A stretch of DNA of 64,000 bases, from NCBI RefSeq assembly GCF_035084215.1, contig NC_090328.1, positions 74,896,001-74,960,000 on the forward strand, in the 5' to 3' direction. Position numbers and translations under genes: made by a program. The notes under the pieces are model-generated. The model did not search any database, was not told where the DNA came from, and was given only the letters and a program-made list of their open reading frames with translations. The DNA is from Heptranchias perlo. Taxonomy: Eukaryota. Shown piece by piece: positions 12,398-23,728 of the stretch. Position 1 is the first letter of the stretch; each line of letters begins with the position of its first letter.

Positions 12398-13752
12398 GGA
12401 GGGCGCTAAATTGGGCCGTGTAGCGCTCATTCTTTCGGCGCTATGTGACCTCTCCGACATCCAAGATGGCATCTTGGCTGCGCGCGCATGTTTCCAGCGT
12501 GACGTACACCAAACACCATCTTGATATAGGAGTTAGCGCATGTGCAAATACCGAATGCCGGAAGCATGTAAAGTAGGGAGAAAATGCATGCAATCAGATC
12601 GAGTGACGGTGTGGCTTCATTGTCCCCCTCCTCCTCCTCCCCCTCCTCGGACGGTGCCGCCACGTGTTCTTGGGTATCTGCAATGACAAAGGGAAACAGG
12701 TTGAGTTGTGGAGCGGGGAGAGGAGCAAGTAAGACATGCGTGCCGACAGCATCTGCAGCACGAGTCAGAAAAGATTATGGGAGGAGGGAGATGTAGAAAC
12801 GAGAAGGAGCATTAGATATGCAGAGACTATCGGGACCTCCAGCAAGGCATGTTGTCACGGCTGCAGCGACGGCCCGCCCAATGATCCGAAGCACTGTCTC
12901 CTCTGGGTGGGGGGGGGGTGAGAACATGTGAACGTGACCGTCCACCCTCAGGTCTCTCCTGCTGCCGGCGGTTATGCGCCACCTTCTTCCGCAAGACAGA
13001 GGACAGTGTGTCAGTGAGTATCCTGCAAGGTGTGTGGGTGATGTGCCTGTCTTGGTCGAATAGCTGCCTGTGAGTGGTGGTTGTGTGGCCTGCAACTGTG
13101 GTATTACGTGCGGGTGAGATGCAGCATTGCGTATGGATGGGACGTGTATGTTGTGGGTGGGTGACGGGGATGTGATGAATGGAGTAGTGGTGCAGTTGGT
13201 AGGATGTGCCACTTGACACTTGCATTCACTCACCTTGACCACTCGTGTCAAATCACGGAACTTCTTTCGGCACTGCACCCACGTGCGTGGTGCCATGCTC
13301 CTGGCGTTCACTTCCTGTGCCATAGCCTGTCAATGCCTGCAGGAGCTGCAGTCTGGAGGGTCTCCTGCCACCCTGCGGGTACATGTTGGCCCTGCCTTTG
13401 TCCACCCCTTCCACCAGGGCCTTCAGTGCATCATCGGAGAAGCGTGGGGCCCTCTCTCGCGCCAGTCCTGCCATCCTTGCGGCCATCTTTCCCTTCTCCT
13501 AGTGGACTGTGCAGGTCACATTTGAAATGTGCATCTGCACCTTTAAGAGGTGTAGGCTGCCGTGATGTGCGCTGTGCACGCCCCATTTCCGGCTTCCTCA
13601 TTCTCCATTCTCAGCGCTGCTGAGAGGCTGCACGGAGCTATCATGGTATGTAGCAAGTAGCTCGAAATTCACGTACTGCCTGCGAAGGGGCCATCTGGAG
13701 CGCGGTAATAGCGTTACCGCGCCCGGAAATGGACCCTATCAAATTTTTCCCC
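12398..13752 (-). mobile_element. Internally deleted Harbinger element retaining the spliced Myb/SANT-like gene
   Basis: Starts at ATG 13486: RERAPRFSDDALKALVEGV...AQEVNARSMAPRTWVQCRKKFRDLTRVVK|gtgagt. Further exon remnants near 12990 and 12677. No transposase present. Confidence 0.75.
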
Positions 13753-14690
13753 TGGACTTCTTTTTAAAAAAATTATTTTTCAAACTTTTTTGTTCAGAAA
13801 TGTAAATACAACATTATTTTAGATTATCTTTTTGTGATACTTTGTCATATAAAAATTAAGATTGGAACATGGTACAAGCCTTTAGATGGAAGCCTAAGGA
13901 AGTCCATTACAAAATTATAACATAGTTAATGATATCTAGCAAATAATCCCTGAAAGAAAAATAGTCTCAGATTCTTAGGTAAAGAAGAGCCCAACCCTAC
14001 TGAACTCCTCCAACCTCTCCTACAAGTGTTTGGTAAAAACAGAAGCAATAGAAACCTGTGCATGAGTGGCACAGGGCAAGGGTAAATCAATGCATTTTCA
14101 GCACATCTATAATATATTACATTCAGTACATGAGGTGCACGGTTCATTGAAGTGTTTAAAATTGTGAAAGAATGGGGCAGGGTAGATAGAAGCAGACTGT
14201 TTCCAGTAGTTAAGGGATCAAAAGGAGGGGCCATGGATACTAGATGCAAGAGATTCAGAAGAGGGCAGGAGTAACTTCTTTATATAGAGAGCTGTGAGGC
14301 GAATTGCAGACATTAATCAGGCATCCTGATCTTAGGAAATTTAGCCGGCTCTGACACTGAGCTGGCCCACAGGTACATCCTGAATGGGTGGGGTTGGGGG
14401 GGGGGCGGTGGGGGTGTTGGAGGTGAACCAGAGGGGCTGGGCCCGAGTTGGCGGCGGCCCGCACTATTTTTGTCAAGCTTTAAGTACTTGGAGAAAGAAG
14501 ATGAGAGGAAAAAGAGATGCGAGGCAGGTCAGGCTGCACAGTAGATGCTCTATACCCAGCTGTCAACACCTGCACACCCACATCTAGTGGTGAACATGCC
14601 TCGTTTTGGCAGATGCATAGACCATGTAGAGGCTCCGATTCTGAAGGGAGGCTGCGACAGCAGGCCCAGATGGCCCAACTATTATGCTGG

Positions 14691-15296
14691 TTAAATACTG
14701 TGGCTACAAGAGCAGGTCAGAGGCTGGGTATTCTGTGGCAAGTGACTCACCTCCTGACTCCCCAAAGCCTTTCCACCATCTACAAGGCACAAGTCAGGAA
14801 TGTGATGGAATACTCTCCACTTGCCTGGATGAGTGCAGCTCCAACAACACTCAAGAACCTCGACACCATCTAGGACAAAGCAGCCCGCTTGATTGGCACC
14901 CCATCCATCACCCTAAACATTCACTCCCTTCACCACTGTGGCTGCAGTGTGTACCATCCACAGGATGCACTGCAGCAACTCGCCAAGGCTTCTTCGACAG
15001 CACCTCCCAAACCCACGATCTCTACAATCTAGAAGGACAAGAGCAGCAAGCACATGGGAACAACACCACCTTCACGTTCCCCTCCAAGGAAAACACCATC
15101 CTGACTTGGAAATATATCGCCGTTCCTTCATCGTCGCTGGGTCAAAATCCTGGAACTCTCTACCTAACAGCACTGTGGGAGAACCTTCACCACATGGACT
15201 GCAGCGGTTCAAGAAGGCGGCTCATCACGACCTTCTCAAGGGCAATTAGGGATGGGCAATAAATGCTGGCCTTGCCATGAACGAATTTTTAAAAAA
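14691..15296 (+). mobile_element. 5'-truncated copy of the tRNA-headed LINE family
   Basis: Matches 3893-4519 (VATRAGQRLGIL...SKSWNSLP). Ends GAATTTTTAAAAAA. Confidence 0.92.
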
Positions 15297-16055
15297 TTAT
15301 CATCCAAAATCACCCCAATCATACAATGTCATGCTTTACGTGGTACCATATTAAAGAAGGCATGCTAGGGTGATCATCAGCAAAGCATGATTGGCTGCAC
15401 CAGCCAAGATGCCTCAACATTTTCAGGCAGTGCTACACCTACCGTGGAGAACGGTCTTCACGGGATTTGGGTCAGCAGAAATCAAGATGAAGAGCTGTGT
15501 CATCTGCTGTAAGGACATCTGCTGCTAAAGCTGGTACAGTCAGCTGCAGCCTCACACCTGCCTCAACCTCCCTTTAAGCATAAAGCAATGTGGATTTATG
15601 GGAATGATACCATGGAGTGGTACAGAGGGAGATCCATTTTCCAATCACCTCCATTTCAGGTGCTGGACTGTTCCATCACCAGCCAGCAAACTCATGCGGT
15701 TTCCTTTCCCTTCATTTTTGTCTATCCCTTGCTAATAGCACATTATTATTCTGGCAGAATTAGCATCAGTTCTTAACTACTCAGAATGGACTTATACCAG
15801 TAGACAAAAACTGGCCCATTATATCCAACGTATTCTCAAGCGGGCTGCTTTATCAAGCGTTCTTAAAAGAACAACACATTTCATAATTTCTACTCCATTG
15901 ATCCATGTTGTTGTACATTTTCTTAACACGCTTCTCCTGTAAAAGCGTGTTAAGAAACTACAGAAAGATATATACATGCATTTGAAAACATTTATATAAG
16001 TAATTAAGTTAACAGTTAAGATTTTTTTTGAAATTGTTAATTTGATTGTTCTTAC

Positions 16056-16253
16056 TTTGATTTGTTGCTGATCTCTTTGAATCTCATTTTCCAGTTTTCT
16101 TTTTTTTTCACTTTCTTCATGCAGTTTTTTCTGGAGCAGCTGTTGCTGTTGTTTCATGTTTTCCACATTTTGGCTCAACTGGGTCAATCGTTTCTCACTC
16201 TGCGCTGACAAAGAAAATAGCTTCTTTGTTTCCTGCTGTTTCCTCTGCAAGGT
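16056..16253 (-). CDS. KIF27: KIF27 coding exon (198 bp)
   Basis: cttag|ACCTTG acceptor and AAA|gtaaga donor. Encodes TLQRKQQETKKLFSLSAQSEKR...LENEIQRDQQQIK. Phase 0-0. Confidence 0.93.
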
Positions 16254-17647
16254 CTAAGGGAAACAGGACCAGGTCTTCAATGTACTTTCATTATTTTTTC
16301 CACCATAGGCAACAGTATACCTATTACAACCAAACATTTCATTTCAACTAGCAAACCTATTTAAACCAAAGCAAGCTGGTATCCTAACGACTGCTAACCG
16401 CTTCACAATTGCCTGTTGTAAAGAAATCGGCCTTTCAAATTATTGTTAACCTCACTTCCCCCAGGATGCAGTCCTCGCAAGTAATGTATGTCTGCTGCAC
16501 GCATTGGGGGCAATGGAGATGGAGCTAGATGGAATTCCTGCAAATATTGTTGTCCCGCCAATTCCATCTCTTTCTCTGATGTCATGGCTGAAGGTGGAAG
16601 AAGCACCTTCCCCCCCCAATGCCCGAGGAAACCCTGACTCCGGTCAAATGGGGCAGAGACTCAGCATAACAGAGCCCAGCCAAAATCCGCTCCGCAAGCC
16701 CCAACAGCATCCAAATCCCTAAAAAAAAGTACAGATTTTTGGACCTGGTATTTTTTATTGCTATCCCCCCATCTCCTTGTCTTGAAGAGTCATGCAGGTG
16801 GTGCTCCTAGGGTTCTGCCAATTCTGTTCTGCAACAGTGTTAAAAGGAGACCAGGCTGTGGTAAAATGTTCAATCTCCATTTGGAACCTCCCCAGGTGGC
16901 ATGGCAAAGGTGAAGTTATGGATCTAGCAGAGGTGATACAATGAACTATCAGGGACGTTACAAGAAGGCTGCAGTGGACTAAGTACAAGAAGCAGCAAGC
17001 AAAACATGGATAGTGGGAAGGATGCACTGAGACAGTTATAAAAGAGCTGGGTGACAAAATGACAGATAAATATTATTGAAATGTCTAACACGATAAAAAA
17101 ATACTAAACCCATCTATATCTATCTAAATCTTATGTCTGCACCACTTAGCTTCCTGTTTTTGTCACACTTTTTATATCAATTTTGTCCTGCATTATAAAT
17201 TCTTATGTCAACTTGTATTACCTTACAGTATGTTACAATGCATTGTAAAGACCAGAACTTGATCTGTCACTTTGTATGAGAATGTTCTTCAAAATCTAAT
17301 TTAAAAATTGCAATATATCAAGAAAGACAATATAGATAGGTTGTAATACTAATGAAAGGGGATGAAACATGGCATCAAAGAGGAAAAGGCTTGAGACAAG
17401 GTACTTGATGAGGCAATGCTACCATTTTAAAATTAAGCCGCCCATTAGAGGGGGTAGCAGGACTGAGTGGCTTGATTGAGAATGACAATATTTTACCTAT
17501 AACCAGTGTGACAGATTGATGATCTGTGTTGGAATCTTTGTTACATTTTTTTTTGGAGTGGATAGCTGTGCCAACATTGTGGCCATTTTAAATTAGCTAT
17601 TGCTTCCTAGGAGCAACTGATATAGAGGAATACTTTTTTTTGGACAG

Positions 17648-17958
17648 CAGGTGCTGGTAACGGTTCTGCTGTTGCCATTTACACCTCCTCTGGACCTATT
17701 TTTTGTTTCTTTATTGTCCCCTTTTGCCTTGCACCCTCATCCCTTTTGTCATTTAATCACTCCTACCTTCCACCCTACCACAGACCTTCCCTTTTGTTTT
17801 TTCCTGCCTTCCCTTAGCTCTGTACTTGCTTATAAGCTGATAAATCTTTAACTTCTTCCAGTTCTGATGAAAGGTCATCGACCTGAAATGTTAACTCTGT
17901 TTCTCTCTCCACAGATACTGCCTGACCTGCTGAGTGTTTCCAGCATTTTCTGTTTTTA
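17648..17958 (+). mobile_element. Penelope-like 3' remnant with minimal hammerhead core
   Basis: Pyrimidine-rich tract followed by CTGATGA-aAGGTCatcGACCT-GAAA at 17864-17888. Homologous to 48862-49400. Confidence 0.75.
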
Positions 17959-18781
17959 GACTACATTCTCTTGTCCAGGACTCCAACATCAATGGCTCAA
18001 AACTATGTAAATAATATGACTTTTAGTTCCTTTTTTAAAATGAGATGTCTTCAGTTTACATTTGAGGAATATGTAAGTCTGGGGCCAGCTGTGTGGACAG
18101 GAAGTTCTCTTGTCTTATTGTTCAATAAGTGAAAGAAGACACATGACCCACCTAGGTGACAGAAACAATTAACATGGATTACTGGGCTGTGATCTTCCCA
18201 TATTTACAGTCCATTTCATTTGCCATTATAACAGGCCTTCGAAACAGGAGCTATGGCGTAAACAAGACATGTTGAGACAGACTAGAGTCACAGTTTTGCT
18301 TTGTCATTCTCGTGGGTGAATGGCTGGAGATGGGCTTCTGTCCGAAACTGCGTATAAGTATGGCATGTTTTTGCCGCGTGACTAGTTCACCAGACGACTT
18401 CTTGCTGTACCGCTATACAAGCGGAGAACAACAAAGGGACTCCATGGGAGTTGAGACTCACGTAACACAGACATCACAAATGCCTGGTTCCAGCTACAAT
18501 TACTATCGAGAACAACAATTTCTGGATGATGATTTGATGATTTAAGGATACGGTTGCTTGACGAAAAGTCTACTACTCTGAGTCAACCGGCTCAATCATT
18601 TTTTGGCCTCATCAAAAATCATCGAGCCGATGGGAAGACAGATGGCCCACACTCATCGATCAGCGGGCAACTCACTAAGCCAGACGATCTGTCTGCATGC
18701 TGTGAGCCTGTGTCGATACAGCAAAGCAGGTCACAGAGAGGCAACAAGAGGGAAGTTAAGTGTTACAAGTGCAATAAGCAG

Positions 18782-20462
18782 CGTTCAGCTGCCTCTGCCG
18801 CATGCCCCCGCCCCCTTGCCCAACAAGCCCCCCTCAAGGCTCACCCCTGCTCTAGCCCTGAACATATATCTTTCTCTCTCACATCTCTCCTCATGCATTT
18901 TCTGAGCTCATCTTGTACCTCTTGCTCTCATGAGCTCATTCCCACTAAACTGCTAACCACCCAATTTCCCTACCTGGCCCCTATGCTATAAATGGTTCCC
19001 TGCCCTCAGGTACTGTCCCCTTCCGTTTCAAAACTGCCATCATCACTGCACTCTGCAAAAAGCCCACCCTCAACCCCTCTGTCCTTACAGACTACCACCC
19101 ATCTTCAACATCTCTTTCTTCTCCAAAGTCTTTGAAAGTGTTGTCGCCTCCCAAATCCGTGCCCATCTTTCCCGCAACTCCACGTTTGAATCTCTTCAAT
19201 CAGGTTTCCGCCCGGCCATAGCACTGAAACGGCCCAAATTAAAGTCATAAATAACATTCTTTGTGACTGTGGTGCACTTTGTCCTCAACTTCTCTACAGC
19301 CATTGACAAGGTGGACCACAACATTCTTCTCTAACACCTCTTCTCTGTTGTCCAGCTGAGTGGGACTGTTCTCGTTTGGCTACAATCAGATAGCTAAGAG
19401 TGAAACCAGAGTATCTCCAGCAATGACTTCTCTTCCCGTCCCTGCACAGTTAGCTCTGGTGTCTCCCAAGGATCTATCCTTGGCCCCCTAATCTGAATGC
19501 TGCCCCATGGCAACATCATCCGAAGACATGGGGTCAAATTCCATGTATCCTGACGACATCCAAATCTAACTCTCAACCAAATCTCTCGACACCTCCACTG
19601 CCTCGGTATTATCAGATTGCTTGTCCGACATCCCGTCCTGGTTGAGCCATAATTTCCTCCAATTAAACATCAAGACTGAAGCTACTGTCTTCAGCCACTG
19701 CCACAAACTACGTAGCCTCACCACTGATTCCATTCCCCTCCCCGGCCAGAGTCTCAGGTTGAAGCAGGCTGTTCACAACCTCAGCATCCTATTTGAACCC
19801 AATTGAACCTCCAACTTCTCATCCTCTCCATCACAAAGACCATCTATTTCCACCTCTGTAACATCGTCCATTTCTGCCCCTGCCTCAGGCCATCAGCTGC
19901 TGAAACCTTCATTAATATCTTTGTCACCTCCAGACTTGACTATTCCATTGCTCACCTGGCCAACCTCCCATCCTCCGCCCTCCATAAACTTCAGCTCATC
20001 CAAAACTCTATCGTCTCTCGCACCAAATCAAGCTCACCCATCATCCCTGTCCTTCCTGATCTACATAGGCTCCTGGTCCCCCAACACCTCAGATTTAAAA
20101 TACTCATCCTTGTGTTCAAATACCTTTATGGCCTCACCCCTCCCTTTCTCTGCAACCTTCTCCAGCCTTACAATCCTCCAGGAACTCTGCGTTCCTCCAA
20201 CTCTGGCCTCCTGTGTATTCCCCACTCCTTTTGCCCCGCTATTGGTGTTGTGCCTTCAGCTGTTTAGGCCCCAGACTCTGGAATTCCCCTTCCAAACCTC
20301 TCCACCTCCTTCTCCTCCTTTAAGACCCATCTCTTTGACCAAACATTTAGTCACCCCTCCTGGTATCTCCTTCTTTGGCTTGGCGTTGATTTTTATCTTG
20401 CTTTGCTTCTTTGAAGCGCCTTGTTAAAGGCATTATATAAATGAACGCATGCTGTTGTTGTT
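18782..20462 (+). mobile_element. L2-clade LINE, 5'-truncated and degraded
   Basis: IPTKLL, GVSQGSILGP and FVTSRLDYS..LANLP..LQLIQNS motifs. L2-type tail ...attatataaatg...gttgttgtt. Confidence 0.85.
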
Positions 20463-20745
20463 ATAATTTACCCGAGCAAGATACGGTAATATATTTCTTG
20501 TTATCGGTACCAATGAGTCCCGCTCCCACCTGGGGGGGTCGCAGGAGAGTGATACACCAGATCGGAGGTCTGTCCTGTTGAAAATCATACTTTTTTTTTG
20601 AGGTGAGAGAATCAACAAAGTACTCAGTGAGAGTTCAATCTGACACAAAACTTCTCATCATGAATATTTGATCCAAGCTGCTGGACCAATTATTACTGAG
20701 AACTGTTGAGCTTTGAGACATTTGTTATTTTGGAAGAGACATTAT

Positions 20746-21319
20746 GGGCATGATTTTAAATAGGAAAAACGGGTGGGTTGGGGGCCGGGGGGGGGGGGCA
20801 TTAAAAAATTTTTAAATCTAAAACCCGCCCCCAACCCACCTAATTCTAGTTTTCACGGTGACGGGATGAGGGACGGGCAACCAACATGCTCTTAGGAGGC
20901 AGGTCGGTCAGTAAAAGCTTTCAAGGAGGCAGTGAGCCTCCATTTTGACAGGTTTTTTGTTTTTAACCCCTGGGGCCGGGATTCCCGGACCTTCTACTTT
21001 ACGCCACGTGAGAAGAGGCGAGAAGGCCCAAAACTGCAGGTAAGTGCCTTTATAGCACAGCTTATGGGCCCGGAGGAGCAGGATGACCTCCAACACCCCC
21101 CCCCCCCACCAATACCTAACACTTAACTGTTCACGTCCTCTTCCTTCCTCTTCTCCCGTCCGACTGAGACCAGTCTGTCAATCAGGCCGGCCTGTCGGGC
21201 GGGAAACAATCAAAAAAAAGACTTCCTTACATCAAAATCGTAAGGAAGTCTGGGAAATCTGTACTTCCAGGTTTCCAGTCAGGAATTCCATCCCCTGCCC
21301 CCTCGATAAAATCATGCCC
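20746..21319. mobile_element. Harbinger-type MITE
   Basis: Perfect 13-bp TIRs GGGCATGATTTTA / TAAAATCATGCCC and a 3-bp TSD (TAT). Confidence 0.85.
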
Positions 21320-21749
21320 TATAAGTGGAGTTGTGAACTAGCTAATCTGTTTTTAAAAAAAATTATTGCTTCTGTTAATCTTACTTCTTAATAAACTTGA
21401 TTTGTAGTTCTTTAACAGAGATATATGGTCTGTCTGAGTTTTATTTATCTGTCAGTTTGAGAGAACAGGAGTGAGTGGTGTTATTCTGTACTATTTCCAG
21501 TGTGTACCTCATTGGTAAAAGGGTTTATTGTTTACCCTGTAGTTCACTGTCTCAGATTATTTTATTCATAAGGTCACAATTATAGTGGGCACAAGAAAAG
21601 AAGTGTCGAGAGTGAGCCCGCATCATAACAGTCAACAGAGTTAGGAAGTCCTTACTCTAGAAATTATTGTACAATTTATCAATTTTATTTATTTATATTA
21701 AATGCATTTTGAAGGTTGCTTGCTGTAGCAGATTATATAAATGGCTAAC

Positions 21750-21955
21750 CTGCACTTTAACTTTGGCTGTTTCCATCTTCTTGCGGAATTCTTTTTGTAG
21801 CTTGCCTTTCTCTGCTGCATCCCTGAGTTCCTTGTTCTCCAGTTCCTGTAGTTGTTTCTGAGCTTCTGCCAGCTCAGTCTTGGCCTGCTCAGCTTCTTGT
21901 TCTAACTGAGTGATCTTTTGGTAATATTGTCGGTTCACAGCCTGGGCATCCTTAC
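21750..21955 (-). CDS. KIF27: KIF27 coding exon (206 bp)
   Basis: ttcag|GTAAGG acceptor and GCAG|gttagc donor. Encodes (G)KDAQAVNRQYYQKITQLEQEAEQAK...KMETAKVKVQ. Phase 1-0. Confidence 0.93.
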
Positions 21956-22939
21956 CTGAAATGAATAAATGAACTAACTAACTAACAAATAAATAAATAA
22001 ATAATAGAGGTACAACAAATTCATCAGTAATAAACTAGGACAATAACAAAAGGCATCAAAGGGGAACTTTTAGAAAAATGAACATTACCTCCAGTCATCT
22101 CAGGAAAAAAAAGCTGATTTCATTTTACATTTTTATGCCTCACCAATTGAGTAGGAGAGCATAAGACACCCAAGTGTTAAAAAGTCAACCCTTATGAATT
22201 GTCATAATCATTCTTTCCATGTAATTTATCCTTCATATACATTAAAGTCAGGCCCATAATCCAATGGGAGAAATTATGGAATACTGATCCTTTTAGAGGT
22301 TGTCTTCACTGTGAACTCAAATGTGATTTCCCCCATTCCTACCCTGTATAAAAGGCTCTTCTCAGTTTTTTGATGAAGGTGGATGACCATGTGTATATAA
22401 TCAACAAGAATTTTAACGTTGTTAATTAAGCTTCAAGCATTTGTAAGAATGCTGGGATCAGTGCCCTAATAAACACTGAAAGCAATATTTATAAAAAGGG
22501 CCCCAGATGAATCCATAACTGCCTTCCTTTCACTTTTGTCAAGGAACTGTCTAGGGTTTACCACCCAGTCTATGCCTTGGGAGGAACTGTAAGAAAAGCA
22601 TTATACAAGCTTTCTATAATATTGTTAACCTTGTTAGGAAAATGTATTATGTTAGTTTTCCCTGTGAACAAAGGCTTTCTGTTAATACAAAACAAGCTTT
22701 TTATGACCTCTTTGAGTAACGAGCATCTGGTGTCATTCTCATCTCTTGTTCATAAGATTGGAAAGGGGAGCTGTGTCTGAATTATGATTTGGGTAAAGAT
22801 AAGAGATCTTGGTAACTCGGAGGCAACTAACCATGAAGGAGTTGGTAAAGTCAGATGTTGTGTGTATAAAGGGAGTAGGACGGATGGCCGTCCCATGAGC
22901 CAGAGGGGATGATTGATGGGAGGCCTATATAGAGCTAAT

Positions 22940-23728
22940 GGGCATGATTTTAACATGGAGGTGGGAAGGGACCAGTGGGGGAAGATAATCGGCTGCAAAT
23001 CCCAGAAGGTAAGTTGGCGAGTCGCAATCTGTGATCGCGATTTTAATGTGGTTAATAAATTTTGCTTCCGGGCTTCTCTCCCGGGAGCCGGGAGGAGGCC
23101 GGGAGGGGGGGCTAATGCCAGGACAAGGTCGGCGGTCGCTCGAAGAGGAGGACGAGGTCGGCGGTCGCTCGAAGAGGAGGACGAGGTCGGCGGTCGCTCG
23201 AAGAGGAGGACGAGGTCGGCGGTCAGTCGCAGATCGGGAGAAGAGATGAGATCGGAGGATGGGTGAAGAGTTGGGGGGATGGTGGGAAAAGGCCAATCGC
23301 ATGGTTATGTCACGCCAGGTGAGCTTGTTGGGCCTGGAAGCACACCTGCACCTCCGGGCCTACAAGCAGTGCAATAAAAGCACTCACCTCATGGATCCAG
23401 CCCTTCCCGCCTGCTTTCACCTGACGTGAATCGGAAGTGATTGGAAACCCAAACAGGCCAGGTTAAAGTTGTTTTACTTTTGTAATACACAAAAAATTAA
23501 GTACTTCAACTGTTTCAATAAGATACATTGCCCCTTTAAGTTTCGTTCTGCCGGCTTTAAGTGGGGACAGGACTTTCAGGTGTCTGTTGCGCACATATCC
23601 AAACGCGCCTGGGTCAAACTCGGAAGTGGGCACGTTGGAGCTGGGATGCGGTTTAGCTCCAAAAATTCACTATTTTTACTGCCCACCCGCCCCCAACCCG
23701 CCCATTCTTGGGGGTTAGAATTACCCGC
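22940..23728. mobile_element. Harbinger-type MITE of the same family
   Basis: Left end GGGCATGATTTTAAC, imperfect right end GTTAGAATTACCCGC, and AAT on both flanks. Shares the internal core with 20746-21319. Confidence 0.75.
23126..23224 (+). repeat. Minisatellite, 29-bp unit x about 3.4
   Basis: AGGTCGGCGGTCGCTCGAAGAGGAGGACG repeated three times exactly, plus a 12-bp partial unit. Confidence 0.95.

Noticed and set aside
23126-23224. CRISPR-like array
   Set aside because: The units are contiguous with no spacers, the context is eukaryotic and there are no cas genes.
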